Made by a program: the position numbers and the translations under genes | In this document: one piece after another, positions 1 through 9,043 of the stretch | Layout of the letters: the number at the start of each line of letters is the position of its first letter | Numbering within the stretch: position 1 is the stretch's first letter | The notes under the pieces: model-generated | What the model was told of the DNA's origin: nothing | Database searches by the model: none | Seen by the model: the letters and a program-made list of their open reading frames with translations, nothing else | Assembly: GCF_000014785.1 (NCBI RefSeq) | Contig: NC_008340.1 | Location: 2,640,001 to 2,672,000, forward strand | Direction of reading: 5' to 3' | DNA length: 32,000 nt | Source of the DNA: Alkalilimnicola ehrlichii MLHE-1 | GTDB lineage: Bacteria > Pseudomonadota > Gammaproteobacteria > Nitrococcales > Halorhodospiraceae

Positions 1-658
1 TCACGCGCACGGTCGAGCCCTTCATCGCGCTGCCATTGTCGGCGTGCAGGACGAGTGGAGTGCCATGACAGCCTTCCCGCAGCACCGTTCGTTCGATCAG
101 CCGGGCACTGTTGAGCGCGGTCTCGTTCTCGAAGACCTCCGCGCCCACGATCTTGCGGCTGTAGATGTCGATGATCAGGTACAGATAGAAGTACACGCCG
201 CGAACGGCCGAGGGGAGGTAGGTGACATCCCACGTCCAAACGGCGTTCGGTTGGTCCGCCCGGTGAGACGCCGGTGCGCCCATCTGGCGCGGCGTCCTTG
301 CCCGGCCACGCCGGTTCTGCTCGCCGGCATCGCGCAGGATGCGGTAGAACGTCGACTCCGAGGCCAGGTAGCAGTCGTGCTCGTCCAACAACCGCGGCAC
401 GATCTGCGCTGGCGGCAGGCTGGCATACTCGGGCAGATGGCATGTGGCCAGCACCGCCTGGCGCTCGGCATCACTCAGTGCGTACTGCGGACAAGGCCGG
501 TGCGCCGTGGGCCGACGGTCCTCACCGCCACGCGACCAACGCCGGTACGTGTTGGGGCCGATCCCCAACACGGCACACGCGGACTTCAGCCGAGCACCGT
601 CGCGCCGGGCTTCATCGACCAGCCTGATGGCTCGATTGCGATCTGCGGTGCTGGTCAT
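1..658 (-). CDS. IS3-family transposase OrfB (copy 1), 3' end outside window
   Basis: Reverse complement from ATG at 658 matches orfB at 6708-7772 (MTSTADRNRAIRLVDEARRDGAR...); ATGA overlap with orfA. Absent from the ORF track because no stop lies in the window. Confidence 0.87.
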   Translation of the reverse strand, partial: MTSTADRNRAIRLVDEARRDGARLKSACAVLGIGPNTYRRWSRGGEDRRPTAHRPCPQYALSDAERQAVLATCHLPEYASLPPAQIVPRLLDEHDCYLASESTFYRILRDAGEQNRRGRARTPRQMGAPASHRADQPNAVWTWDVTYLPSAVRGVYFYLYLIIDIYSRKIVGAEVFENETALNSARLIERTVLREGCHGTPLVLHADNGSAMKGSTVRV

Positions 659-1146
659 TCGTCCTCGTCCCCCCAGATCGCATGGGCTTTTTTTCGCAAC
701 GTCAGCAAGGCCGCTGTCTCGGCCAGCGCGGCCTCCTTGCGTTTGAGCTCGCGCTGTAGTTTCCGGCTACGCTTGCGCTCCTGCTTGAGGGCATCGCCCT
801 CGCGCTGGGAGGCGGCCTGGCTCAGGTCGTTGCCTTGTTCGCAGGCCAGCCGCCAACGCCGAACCTGTTCCGGGTACAGGCCTCGTCTGCGGCAGTATTC
901 GGCGAGCTCCGCCTCCGACAAAGACGCGGTTTCCAGCACCGCATTGAACTTGTCCCGGGAACTCCAGCCCTCCGGGTCACAACCCCCTTCAGGCAGCAAC
1001 TGGCCGCTCTGGCGGGCCTGCTTGCGCCAAAGGTATATCGTTGCCGCCGAGATACCTTCCTCGGCAGCGACCTCCGGGACCGACCGGTTATGTGGCGCCC
1101 GGAGCTTGTTCAACACCGCTTCCTTGCGCTCGGTGGAATACTTCAT
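655..1146 (-). CDS. IS3-family transposase OrfA (copy 1)
   Basis: 163 aa, MKYSTERKEAVLNKLRAPHNRSVPEVAAEEGISAATIYLWRKQARQ helix-turn-helix N-terminus; near identical to 6220-6711. Confidence 0.93.
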   Translation of the reverse strand: MKYSTERKEAVLNKLRAPHNRSVPEVAAEEGISAATIYLWRKQARQSGQLLPEGGCDPEGWSSRDKFNAVLETASLSEAELAEYCRRRGLYPEQVRRWRLACEQGNDLSQAASQREGDALKQERKRSRKLQRELKRKEAALAETAALLTLRKKAHAIWGDEDE

Positions 1147-1266
1147 CGGAACCTCTCTGCGCCCCCCTGTTCAGGTTCAAACTCTAACACCAGGTGAAGT
1201 TCCAACTAGCTTGACAGTGGGGGATGCCTAGAGGCGTCGATGCAATCATCAGGGACCTGACATTTT

Positions 1267-2637
1267 ATGCATTCTAAGAAAAAAACTTTATACATTTTGA
1301 TGGAGCTAAAACGTCGCGAGCTCGAAGGCAAGATGCTCTTGGCGCATGAAGCGGCCGCTCAAGGTTTTCGGGTAATATTAGGGTCGCAGGATTATATTAA
1401 GCGTGCGTTTGAATATGGATTTTTCCCGCCAGGGATTTACATGGATAAGTCCTTGGCAAAGGCAAAGGCACGGGAGCTAAATAAAAGATCGAAGGAAGGG
1501 TGTGTAATCGTATCTCAGGATGAAGAAGGGGGGTTTTTGGATCGAGATTCAGTCAAGTTCGTCAAGTTTCGAAGCTCAGGGGAAACAGTAAGTGCCGCCA
1601 GCGCAATTTTCGCATGGGGTGAATTGGACGCTGATGGCTGGAAATATTGTTATCCCCAGGCGCGCGATAAAATTTTCATCACCGGTTCCCCGCGGGTGGA
1701 CTTCTGGAGGAAAGATTTTGAAAGTTTTTTCTCAAATGATATCGACAGGATTCAAGAAGAATATGGTAGTTTCGTTCTTATTCCCTCGAATTTTTCTCTC
1801 GCGAACCCTCTCGCTATAGAAACGGATCTTCTTGAGCAGGCGAAACAGAGTGGGAGGGTTCAATCTGCTCGTGAAGAACGAGAGTTTTTAAAGCTTATTG
1901 AGGATATCGGAAAGATATTTGACGAATATGTTTCGTTAATAAATTATCTTGCAGACATATTTCCTGAAGTCAACTTCGTTGTCCGTCCGCATCCTTCCGA
2001 AGATAAAGGCGCTTGGGGGAGGCGCCTTTCTCATAGAAAGAATATTTACGTCGTGCCTTCAGGTGGCATTAGTCAGTGGGTGAGAGCAAGCTCGTTAATT
2101 ATTCATAACGGGTGTACGACAGGATTAGAGGCCTACGTTTCAAAGAAGCCGGTCCTTGCCTTCGAACCATTCAATAGCGCGGCGAACCGTGAGATTCCAA
2201 ATTATGTCTCCTATAGAGTAGAAACGAAGGAAGATGTTCGGTGGGCGATCGAAGAAGTTATTTTGCAGAAAAAAGGCCTCTCTGGAGATGATCAGGGACC
2301 AAAAGGAGATCTGGTGGCTAAGAGGCTAGCGAATTCCGTTAGCATGCCGGCAAGCGAAAAGATTGTAGAAACGTTGAAAACGTTCCATGTTCCAGCTGCT
2401 GCCTCCCCCTCGTCGTGGAGGTTGCATCTAGTTTCACTCCGGATTTTTATGGCGAATGGGTTTTCACTGGCAAGAAAGGGTGTGGCCATTCAAAGCAAAA
2501 GAAAGTTTCCGTTTTTGACAAGTGGCGAAGTTACAGACCTGCATAATAAGCTAGTTTCTATTAAGCCAGAATTCAAAAAATGTGCATGCAGAAAAATGTA
2601 TGGAGATGTTTTCATAATTGAGGCGGATCGTGATTGA
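1267..2637 (+). CDS. Surface carbohydrate/capsular polysaccharide biosynthesis protein
   Basis: 456 aa; LYILMELKRRELEGKMLLAHEAAAQGFRVILGSQDYI...; SGGISQWVRASSLIIHNGCTTGLEAYVSKKPVLAFEPF resembles the surface carbohydrate biosynthesis / CDP-glycerol-glycerophosphotransferase-like GT-B fold family. Confidence 0.72.
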   Translation: MHSKKKTLYILMELKRRELEGKMLLAHEAAAQGFRVILGSQDYIKRAFEYGFFPPGIYMDKSLAKAKARELNKRSKEGCVIVSQDEEGGFLDRDSVKFVKFRSSGETVSAASAIFAWGELDADGWKYCYPQARDKIFITGSPRVDFWRKDFESFFSNDIDRIQEEYGSFVLIPSNFSLANPLAIETDLLEQAKQSGRVQSAREEREFLKLIEDIGKIFDEYVSLINYLADIFPEVNFVVRPHPSEDKGAWGRRLSHRKNIYVVPSGGISQWVRASSLIIHNGCTTGLEAYVSKKPVLAFEPFNSAANREIPNYVSYRVETKEDVRWAIEEVILQKKGLSGDDQGPKGDLVAKRLANSVSMPASEKIVETLKTFHVPAAASPSSWRLHLVSLRIFMANGFSLARKGVAIQSKRKFPFLTSGEVTDLHNKLVSIKPEFKKCACRKMYGDVFIIEADRD

Positions 2638-2828
2638 TTTTGTCCTGCGTTCGTCCTTTTTTCTATGCAGCTCTTTAGTAAGAGTTCGCGCTCATCCGCG
2701 ATGAATGCTGCGTACTGGCGAGTGGTCCTCCGAGGAAAAAGGCAGTAATTCAGTGCATAAGCAGTCTTGTCCGAATGAGAAACAGTGAGTGATATGAATC
2801 TGCGGCAGAATGGCTGAAAATTCGAATT

Positions 2829-3956
2829 TTGAGAATTACTGATATGCAGAGAAAGGTATTGTTTGTGCTTCCCACCTTAAGCGGGGGCGGAGCCGAAAGG
2901 GTGATGGTTCACCTGTTGAATGCTATGACGACCGCTCGGTGTCTAACGCCGATTCTGGTCGTGGGCGTGAAAAGAGGCGTGTTCGTGAATCGGCTGCCTG
3001 AAAATTTGAAGGTAGTCGAGCTTGGCTCCGAAAGGGCTAGGACGGTTTTGTGGCGATTGCACCAGGTTATAAAGAAGGAAAAGCCCGACGTCGTATTGTC
3101 GACTCTAGGAATGAATGTGGCCGTATGCGCAGTCTCAATGTTTTCTGGAGGGAAGTTTCGGGTGGTGTCACGATTAGGGAATACGGTGAGCGCATACCTC
3201 CGGGATGCGGGGAGAAAAGGAGTGCTGCCTAAGGCCTTTGAATATTTGAAGTCTTATATGGTTGCGAAGATCAGTGATGCCATTATCTGTCAAAGCCAGT
3301 TTATGATGGACGATTTTGTTCATGCGTTCCCAAGTGTTATGGAAAAATGCCGGGTCATTTACAATCCGGTTAATTGTAGGGAATTGGATCGGCTTGCCTC
3401 GGAAGATTGTGAACTCAAGGGCACTGGTTTATACATTGTGTCGACCGGTAGAATGAGTTACCAAAAAGGGCATGATATCCTTCTTGATGCATTATCTGTG
3501 CTTCGGGCCGACCAGTACAGATTCACATGCCATATCTTTGGGGAAGGGGAAGCCCTGCCCTCACTGGAAGAGCGTAGTAGGAGGCATGGTTTGGAGAATT
3601 TTGTGTCGTTTCCGGGGTTTTTCCCTAATCCATACGCTTGCATGAAAAGAGCGGATGTGTTCGTTTCTGCGTCGAGGTACGAGGGGTTCGCGAATGCGAT
3701 ACTCGAAGCCGCAGCCCTAGGGGTCAAAATAGTGGCAAGTGACTGTCCTGGCGCAAATCGAGAAATCAAAGAACTTGCAAGAATTAGACTTTTTGAAAAT
3801 GAAAACCCGGCCGATCTGTGCAGGGCATTAAAAGAGATAATCGATAACGGGGGTGGTCGCGCTGCAGCCCCAGCGTCAAGCGAAAAGATAAGATCTAGAT
3901 TCGATATTTCGAAAATTGCTCGGGAATACGAGAAATGCCTCTGTGAACCCGGATAA
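2829..3956 (+). CDS. Glycosyltransferase family 4 (start may be the ATG at about 2844)
   Basis: KVLFVLPTLSGGGAERVMVHLLNAM N-terminus and STGRMSYQKGHDILLDAL ... FGEGEALPSLEERSRR ... FPGFFPNPYACMKRADVFVSASRYEGFANAILEAAALG, classic GT4 motifs. Confidence 0.9.
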   Translation: MRITDMQRKVLFVLPTLSGGGAERVMVHLLNAMTTARCLTPILVVGVKRGVFVNRLPENLKVVELGSERARTVLWRLHQVIKKEKPDVVLSTLGMNVAVCAVSMFSGGKFRVVSRLGNTVSAYLRDAGRKGVLPKAFEYLKSYMVAKISDAIICQSQFMMDDFVHAFPSVMEKCRVIYNPVNCRELDRLASEDCELKGTGLYIVSTGRMSYQKGHDILLDALSVLRADQYRFTCHIFGEGEALPSLEERSRRHGLENFVSFPGFFPNPYACMKRADVFVSASRYEGFANAILEAAALGVKIVASDCPGANREIKELARIRLFENENPADLCRALKEIIDNGGGRAAAPASSEKIRSRFDISKIAREYEKCLCEPG

Positions 3957-3975
3957 TTCATCAGGTAGGCGATTG

Positions 3976-4366
3976 CCCCCACTGTCAAGCTAGGTTGAAC
4001 TTCACCTGGTGTTAGAGTTTGAACCTGAACAGGGGGGCGCAGAGAGGTTCCGATGAAGTATTCCACCGAGCGCAAGGAAGCGGTGTTGAACAAGCTCCGG
4101 GCGCCACATAACCGGTCGGTCTCGGAGGTCGCTGCCGAGGAAGGTATCTCGGCGGCAACGATATACCTTTGGCGCAAGCAGGCCCGCCAGAGCGGCCAGT
4201 TGCTGCCTGAAGGGGGTTGTGACCCGGAGGGCTGGAGTTCCCGGGACAAGTTCAATGCGGTGCTGGAAACCGCGTCTTTGTCGGAGGCGGAGCTCGCCGA
4301 ATACTGCCGCAGACGAGGCCTGTACCCGGAACAGGTTCGGCGTTGGCGGCTGGCCTGCGAACAAGG
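3976..4366 (+). mobile_element. Truncated IS3-family copy 3 (left end plus 5' part of orfA), cut by the IS21 element
   Basis: Left end cccccactgtcaagctag and orfA sequence identical in type to copy 2 up to gcgaacaagg (4366), then abrupt switch to tgtcaatggccagataaag. Confidence 0.88.
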
Positions 4367-4388
4367 TGTCAATGGCCAGATAAAGTGA
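4053..4388 (+). pseudogene. Truncated IS3-family OrfA (copy 3)
   Basis: Same OrfA up to RWRLACEQG, then frame continues into IS21 left end (VNGQIK*). Confidence 0.88.
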
Positions 4389-6142
4389 CCCCACTGGCCA
4401 TCAGAACTGACCCACCCTTGGGGTGGCCACTGGCCACGAGTAGACCGTACCGTCCATGGCCACACGGGCTGGCGAGGACGGGGTATTGAAGGAGTGGGTC
4501 GTGATACACAAGATCAAGGCACTGTACGACGAAGGCCGTGGGCTCTCAGTTCGGGCCATCAGCCGGGAGCTGGGCATCTCGCGCAACACGGTGCGCAAGT
4601 ACCTGCGGGCGGACACCGAAGCGGTCGCAGCGGAGCGGGCCGATGGGCGCCGGGGCCGGCTGCTGGATGAGCACCGGGCTTACATGGAGTATTTGCTGCG
4701 CCGCTACCCGCAGCTCAGCGCCGTGAAGGTGGCGCGCAAGCTCCGGGACAAGGTCGGTGACCTGGCGGTCTCGGATCGCAGTCTCCGGCGGTATCTGCAG
4801 GAGCTGCGCGCCAGCGTCCAAGTGGCCCAGCCGCGCTACTACGAGCCGGTGCTGGACGTGGTGCCGGGCGTACAGTGCCAGGTGGACCCCGGTGAGTTGC
4901 GGGGCGTGGCCATCAGCGGCGTGGAGCGCACGGTCTACTTCGTGGTCTTCGTGCTCTCGTTCTCGCGGCTGATGCACGTTGCGGTGGCCTTCCGGCCCAT
5001 CGACACGGCGCTGTTCATCCGCATGCATGATGAGGCGCTGCGGGCCTTTGGCGGTACCCCGGAGGAGTGCGTCTACGACCAGACGAAGATGGTGGTCATC
5101 GCCGAGCAGTTCCGGGAGCTGACGGTCAACGAGCGCTTCCATGAGTACGCCACCGGTGCGGGCTTTCGCATCCATGCCTGCCGGGGGTACGACCCGGAGA
5201 GCAAGGGCAAGGTGGAGGCCGGGGTGAAGTACGTTAAGCGCGATTGCCTGTACGGGGAGCGCTTTGCCGACGAGGCAGACGTCCGCGCCCACGTCCAGCA
5301 GTGGCTCGACCAAGTGGCCAATGTCCGCCGCCACGGCACCACCGGGCGTGAGCCCCGGGGGCACTTTGAGGCTGAAGAGCGGGCGCACCTACGGGCCTAC
5401 CTCACCCCCTCGTGCTTGACCCAGGCGGCTGCGGCGCGCCAGACCCGCAAGGTGGACAAGACCGGGCTGATCGCCTGGCACTCGAACAAGTATTCGGTAC
5501 CCATGCGCTACCAGCGTGGCCGGGTGGGCGTGCAGGCCGACGAGACCCAGCTTCACATCCTCGACCTGGAAAGCGGTGAGATCGTGGCCACCCATACACT
5601 GGCCACGGGCAAGGGCCAGACGGTGCGTAACACCGACCACTACCGGGATCGCCGACAGCAGATCGAGACCCTGGAGGCCGCCATTGGCGAACGCGTGGGC
5701 GAGCAGACCGGAGCCCGGCTGTGTGCCCGGTTGCGGGCCAGCAACCCGCGGATCTATCGCGACCAGGTGGCCGCCGTACACGCCCTGCTGGAGAGCGGGC
5801 CGCCCCCGGCACCCGGACTGGTCGAGGACCTGGCCGGGCGCGAAGGGATGACCGCCACCCGCTTCAAGGCCCAACTGCAGGCGGCACACCGGGCCCAGGA
5901 GCGGGGCCGGGACCTCGAAGCGGATGCCGACGAGCCCGCCGTGGACGCGCAGGCACTGGCCCTGTCGGCCTACGCCCATCTTGGCCAGTCGGCCGGCCAA
6001 GAGGAGTTGACCCATGAGCCTGCTTGAACGGACCGCGACTCGCTACCGGGGCCTGCGCTGCAGTGCCATTGCCGCCGAGCTGCCGGATCTGCTGGCCCGG
6101 GCCGAGGACAACGCCATGTCTTATCTGGCCTTCGCTGACCTG
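4367..6142 (+). mobile_element. IS21-family element, 3' part missing
   Basis: Begins tgtcaatggccagataaagtgacccc; carries istA and only the 5' end of istB; interrupted by IS3 copy 2 at about 6143. Confidence 0.87.
4456..6027 (+). CDS. istA: IS21-family transposase IstA
   Basis: 523 aa; RAISRELGISRNTVRKYL HTH, VVPGVQCQVDPGEL, YDQTKMVV, ACRGYDPESKGKVEAGVKYVKRDCLYGERF DDE core region. True start may be slightly downstream (GTG near 4501). Confidence 0.92.
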   Translation: MATRAGEDGVLKEWVVIHKIKALYDEGRGLSVRAISRELGISRNTVRKYLRADTEAVAAERADGRRGRLLDEHRAYMEYLLRRYPQLSAVKVARKLRDKVGDLAVSDRSLRRYLQELRASVQVAQPRYYEPVLDVVPGVQCQVDPGELRGVAISGVERTVYFVVFVLSFSRLMHVAVAFRPIDTALFIRMHDEALRAFGGTPEECVYDQTKMVVIAEQFRELTVNERFHEYATGAGFRIHACRGYDPESKGKVEAGVKYVKRDCLYGERFADEADVRAHVQQWLDQVANVRRHGTTGREPRGHFEAEERAHLRAYLTPSCLTQAAAARQTRKVDKTGLIAWHSNKYSVPMRYQRGRVGVQADETQLHILDLESGEIVATHTLATGKGQTVRNTDHYRDRRQQIETLEAAIGERVGEQTGARLCARLRASNPRIYRDQVAAVHALLESGPPPAPGLVEDLAGREGMTATRFKAQLQAAHRAQERGRDLEADADEPAVDAQALALSAYAHLGQSAGQEELTHEPA

Positions 6143-6160
6143 CCCCCACTGTCAAGCTAG
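6014..6160 (+). pseudogene. istB: IS21-family helper ATPase IstB, N-terminal remnant truncated by IS3 insertion
   Basis: ATG at 6014 overlapping the istA end; MSLLERTATRYRGLRCSAIAAELPDLLARAEDNAMSYLAFAD, then reads into the IS3 left end (LPPLSS*). Confidence 0.83.
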
Positions 6161-6219
6161 TTGGAACCTCACCTGGTGTTAGAGTTTGAACCTGAACAGG
6201 GGGGCGCAGAGAGGTTCCG

Positions 6220-6711
6220 ATGAAGTATTCCACCGAGCGCAAGGAAGCGGTGTTGAACAAGCTCCGGGCGCCACATAACCGGTCGGTCCCGGAGGTCGCT
6301 GCCGAGGAAGGTATCTCGGCGGCAACGATATACCTTTGGCGCAAGCAGGCCCGCCAGAGCGGCCAGCTGCTGCCTGAAGGAGGTTCGGACCCGGAGGGCT
6401 GGAGTTCCCGGGACAAGTTCAATGCGGTGCTGGAAACCGCGTCTTTGTCGGAGGCGGAGCTCGCCGAATACTGCCGCAGACGAGGCCTGTACCCGGAACA
6501 GCTTCGGCGTTGGCGGCTGGCCTGCGAACAAGGCAACGACCTGAGCCAGGCCGCCTCCCAGCGCGAGGGCGATGCCCTCAAGCAGGAGCGCAAGCGTAGC
6601 CGGCAACTGCAGCGTGAGCTTAAACGCAAGGAGGCCGCCCTGGCCGAGACAGCGGCCTTGCTGACGTTGCGAAAAAAAGCCCATGCGATCTGGGGGGACG
6701 AGGACGAATGA
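6220..6711 (+). CDS. IS3-family transposase OrfA (copy 2)
   Basis: 163 aa, identical in type to copy 1; contains A7G slippery run at 6672-6679. Confidence 0.94.
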   Translation: MKYSTERKEAVLNKLRAPHNRSVPEVAAEEGISAATIYLWRKQARQSGQLLPEGGSDPEGWSSRDKFNAVLETASLSEAELAEYCRRRGLYPEQLRRWRLACEQGNDLSQAASQREGDALKQERKRSRQLQRELKRKEAALAETAALLTLRKKAHAIWGDEDE

Positions 6712-7772
6712 CCAGCACCGCAGATCGCAATCGAGCCATCCGGCTGGTCGATGAAGCCCGGTGCGACGGTGCTCGGCTGAAGTCCGCGTGTGCCGTGTTG
6801 GGGATCGGCCCCAACACGTACCGGCGTTGGTCGCGTGGCGGTGAGGACCGTCGGCCCACGGCGCACCGGCCTTGTCCGCAGTACGCACTGAGTGATGCCG
6901 AGCGCCAGGCGGTGCTGGCCACATGCCATCTGCCCGAGTATGCCAGCCTGCCGCCGGCGCAGATCGTGCCGCGGTTGTTGGACGAGCACGACTGCTACCT
7001 GGCCTCGGAATCGACGTTCTACCGCATCCTGCGCGATGCCGGGGAGCAGAACCGGCGAGGCCGGGCACGGGCGCCGCGCCAGATGGGCGCACCGGCGTCT
7101 CACCGGGCGGACCAACCGAACGCCGTTTGGACTTGGGATGTCACCTACCTCCCCTCGGCCGTTCGCGGCGTGTACTTCTATCTGTACCTGATCATCGACA
7201 TCTACAGCCGCAAGATCGTGGGCGCGGAGGTCTTCGAGAACGAGACCGCGCTCAACAGCGCCCGGCTGATCGAACGAACGGTGCTGCGGGAAGGCTGTCA
7301 TGGCACGCCACTCGTCCTGCACGCCGACAATGGCAGCGCGATGAAGGGCTCGACCGTGCGCGTGACCCTGGAACGGCTCGGGATCATCCGCTCCCACAGC
7401 CGGCCCCGGGTGTCTGACGACAATCCCTTCTCCGAGGCGCTGTTCCGCCATTGCAAGTACCGCCCCGATTACCCGGTGGACGGCTTCCAGGACCTGGCGC
7501 AGGCCCGCGAGTGGGTGTTGAGCTTTGAGCGCTGGTACAACGACGAACACCGCCACAGTGGGATCCGCTTCGTGACACCGACCGAACGTCATGCGGGCCA
7601 TGACACGGAGATCCTGAGCAGACGTCATGCCCTCAACGAGCAGGCCCGGTCCCGGAACCCGTCTCGCTGGAGCGGCAAGACCCGCAACTGGGAGCCGACC
7701 CAATCCGTCGCCCTCAACCCCGATCGTGAGCTTATGGTCCAGCACGCCGCGCCGGAAAAACTCGCAGCATAA
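6708..7772 (+). CDS. IS3-family transposase OrfB (rve integrase core)
   Basis: 354 aa; TWDVTYLPSAVRGVYFYLYLIIDIYSRKIVGAEVF, LHADNGSAMKG, SRPRVSDDNPFSEALFRHCKYRPDYP DDE motifs. Confidence 0.95.
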   Translation: MTSTADRNRAIRLVDEARCDGARLKSACAVLGIGPNTYRRWSRGGEDRRPTAHRPCPQYALSDAERQAVLATCHLPEYASLPPAQIVPRLLDEHDCYLASESTFYRILRDAGEQNRRGRARAPRQMGAPASHRADQPNAVWTWDVTYLPSAVRGVYFYLYLIIDIYSRKIVGAEVFENETALNSARLIERTVLREGCHGTPLVLHADNGSAMKGSTVRVTLERLGIIRSHSRPRVSDDNPFSEALFRHCKYRPDYPVDGFQDLAQAREWVLSFERWYNDEHRHSGIRFVTPTERHAGHDTEILSRRHALNEQARSRNPSRWSGKTRNWEPTQSVALNPDRELMVQHAAPEKLAA

Positions 7773-7805
7773 ATGGACTCAGACGCGACAGAACGCTTGA
7801 CAGCC

Positions 7806-7967
7806 ACCGCCCACGATCTGCTGGCGCGGTATGACGAAATCCTTGCTTCCGGTGCCTGCCGCCATGCGGCGGAGGATTACTTTTCAGGAGGGCAGGGGGC
7901 ACGGAGGTATCGACACATCTACCAGGCATTGATTCCCGAGTCCGCTAGTTCGGAGACAGGGGCGTGA
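7806..7967 (+). pseudogene. Probable 3' remnant of a glycosyltransferase or other glycan gene truncated by the IS cluster
   Basis: Open frame ...AHDLLARYDEILASGACRHAAEDYFSGGQGARRYRHIYQALIPESASSETGA* ends with a GTGA overlap onto the next gene, typical of an operon gene, but lacks a body upstream. Confidence 0.4.
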
Positions 7968-9043
7968 AGGTCACGCTGCTCTCCAAGTACAGCCGCCTTG
8001 GGGCCAGCAGCCGCCTGCGCTCGTTGCAGTACCTGCCAGCACTGGAGGCGGCGGGCATCAATGTGACGGTATGCCCCCTGTTCGACGATGACTATCTCGA
8101 GGGTCTCTACAGCGGACAAGGGCGTTCGGTCGGGTCGGTGGCTCGTCGCTTTGCCACCCGGGTTCGTGACCTGCGCGAATCGGCACATGCGGATCTGCTT
8201 TGGTTGGAGTACGAGGCGCTGCCCTATCTGCCGCACTGGCTGGAGCACGCCCTGATGCCGCGCGCGCTACCCTACGTGGTGGACTATGACGACGCTGTAT
8301 TTCACAACTACGACCTGTCCGGCCGCGCCTGGGTGCGGCGCCTGCTGGGCCGCAAGATCGACCGGGTGATGGCCCGTGCGGCCACGGTGATCTGCGGCAA
8401 CGACTATCTGGCGGCGCGCGCACGTCAGGCGGGTGCCGGGCGGATCGAATACCTGCCCACAGTGGTCGACACGGACCGTTATCCCTTTACGCGACGGCCG
8501 GGGAATGCCGAGCCGGTTATCGGCTGGATCGGTTCCCCCTCCACCCAGCACTACGTGACGGAGCTTGCCCCGATACTGGAACGCATCGGCGAGAAGCACG
8601 GTGCACGCCTCGTGCTGGTGGGCGCCCGTCCAGACGTAGCGGAGTGGTTCAGGAACCTGCCTGTGGAGGTCGTCCCTTGGTCCGAGGACACCGAGGCGGA
8701 CCAAGTGGCCCGATTCGATATCGGCATCATGCCGTTGCCCGACGGCCCTTGGGAGCGCGGAAAGTGCGGTTACAAGCTAATCCAGTACATGGCCTGCGGT
8801 AAGCCAGTGATCGCCTCCCCGGTGGGGGTCAACATGCGGATCGTGCAGGATTGGAACTGCGGATTGCTGGCCGACGATCACGAGCAGTGGTTCCGGGCCT
8901 TGGACCGGCTGCTTGGCGATCCCAGCGAAAGAGAAACATTTGGGGCGACAGGGCGTGAAGCGGTCGAGGCGCATTACTCCCTGCAGGCCCAGGCACCGCG
9001 TTTGGCTGTTGCTTTGCGTGAAGCCGCCGGGGGCAAACCCTGA
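7964..9043 (+). CDS. Glycosyltransferase (GT4/GT1-like)
   Basis: 359 aa, GTG start; GWIGSPSTQHYVTELAPILERIGEKHGARLVLVGARP, IGIMPLPDGPWERGKCGYKLIQYMACGKPVIASPVG. Confidence 0.88.
   Translation: MKVTLLSKYSRLGASSRLRSLQYLPALEAAGINVTVCPLFDDDYLEGLYSGQGRSVGSVARRFATRVRDLRESAHADLLWLEYEALPYLPHWLEHALMPRALPYVVDYDDAVFHNYDLSGRAWVRRLLGRKIDRVMARAATVICGNDYLAARARQAGAGRIEYLPTVVDTDRYPFTRRPGNAEPVIGWIGSPSTQHYVTELAPILERIGEKHGARLVLVGARPDVAEWFRNLPVEVVPWSEDTEADQVARFDIGIMPLPDGPWERGKCGYKLIQYMACGKPVIASPVGVNMRIVQDWNCGLLADDHEQWFRALDRLLGDPSERETFGATGREAVEAHYSLQAQAPRLAVALREAAGGKP

Larger units (their letters stand above)
1..1223 (-). mobile_element. IS3-family insertion sequence, copy 1, extends beyond left edge; inner end near 1223
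   Basis: Nearly identical in reverse complement to the copy at 6143-7772; end sequence ctagcttgacagtggggg at about 1207-1223 matches the left ends of the other copies (cccccactgtcaagctag). Confidence 0.9.
6143..7805 (+). mobile_element. IS3-family insertion sequence, copy 2 (complete orfA/orfB); right boundary uncertain
   Basis: Left end cccccactgtcaagctag; orfA plus orfB intact; possible degenerate right inverted repeat cgcttgacagccaccg around 7790-7805. Confidence 0.87.

Noticed and set aside
5970-7745. 591-aa minus-strand ORF and the similar 44-1231 and 3458-4465 ORFs
   Set aside because: They are antisense to well-supported IS3 orfA/orfB and the GT4 genes and are low-complexity Arg/Pro/Ser/Ala-rich products typical of shadow frames in high-GC DNA. 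Their mutual similarity only reflects the repeated IS.
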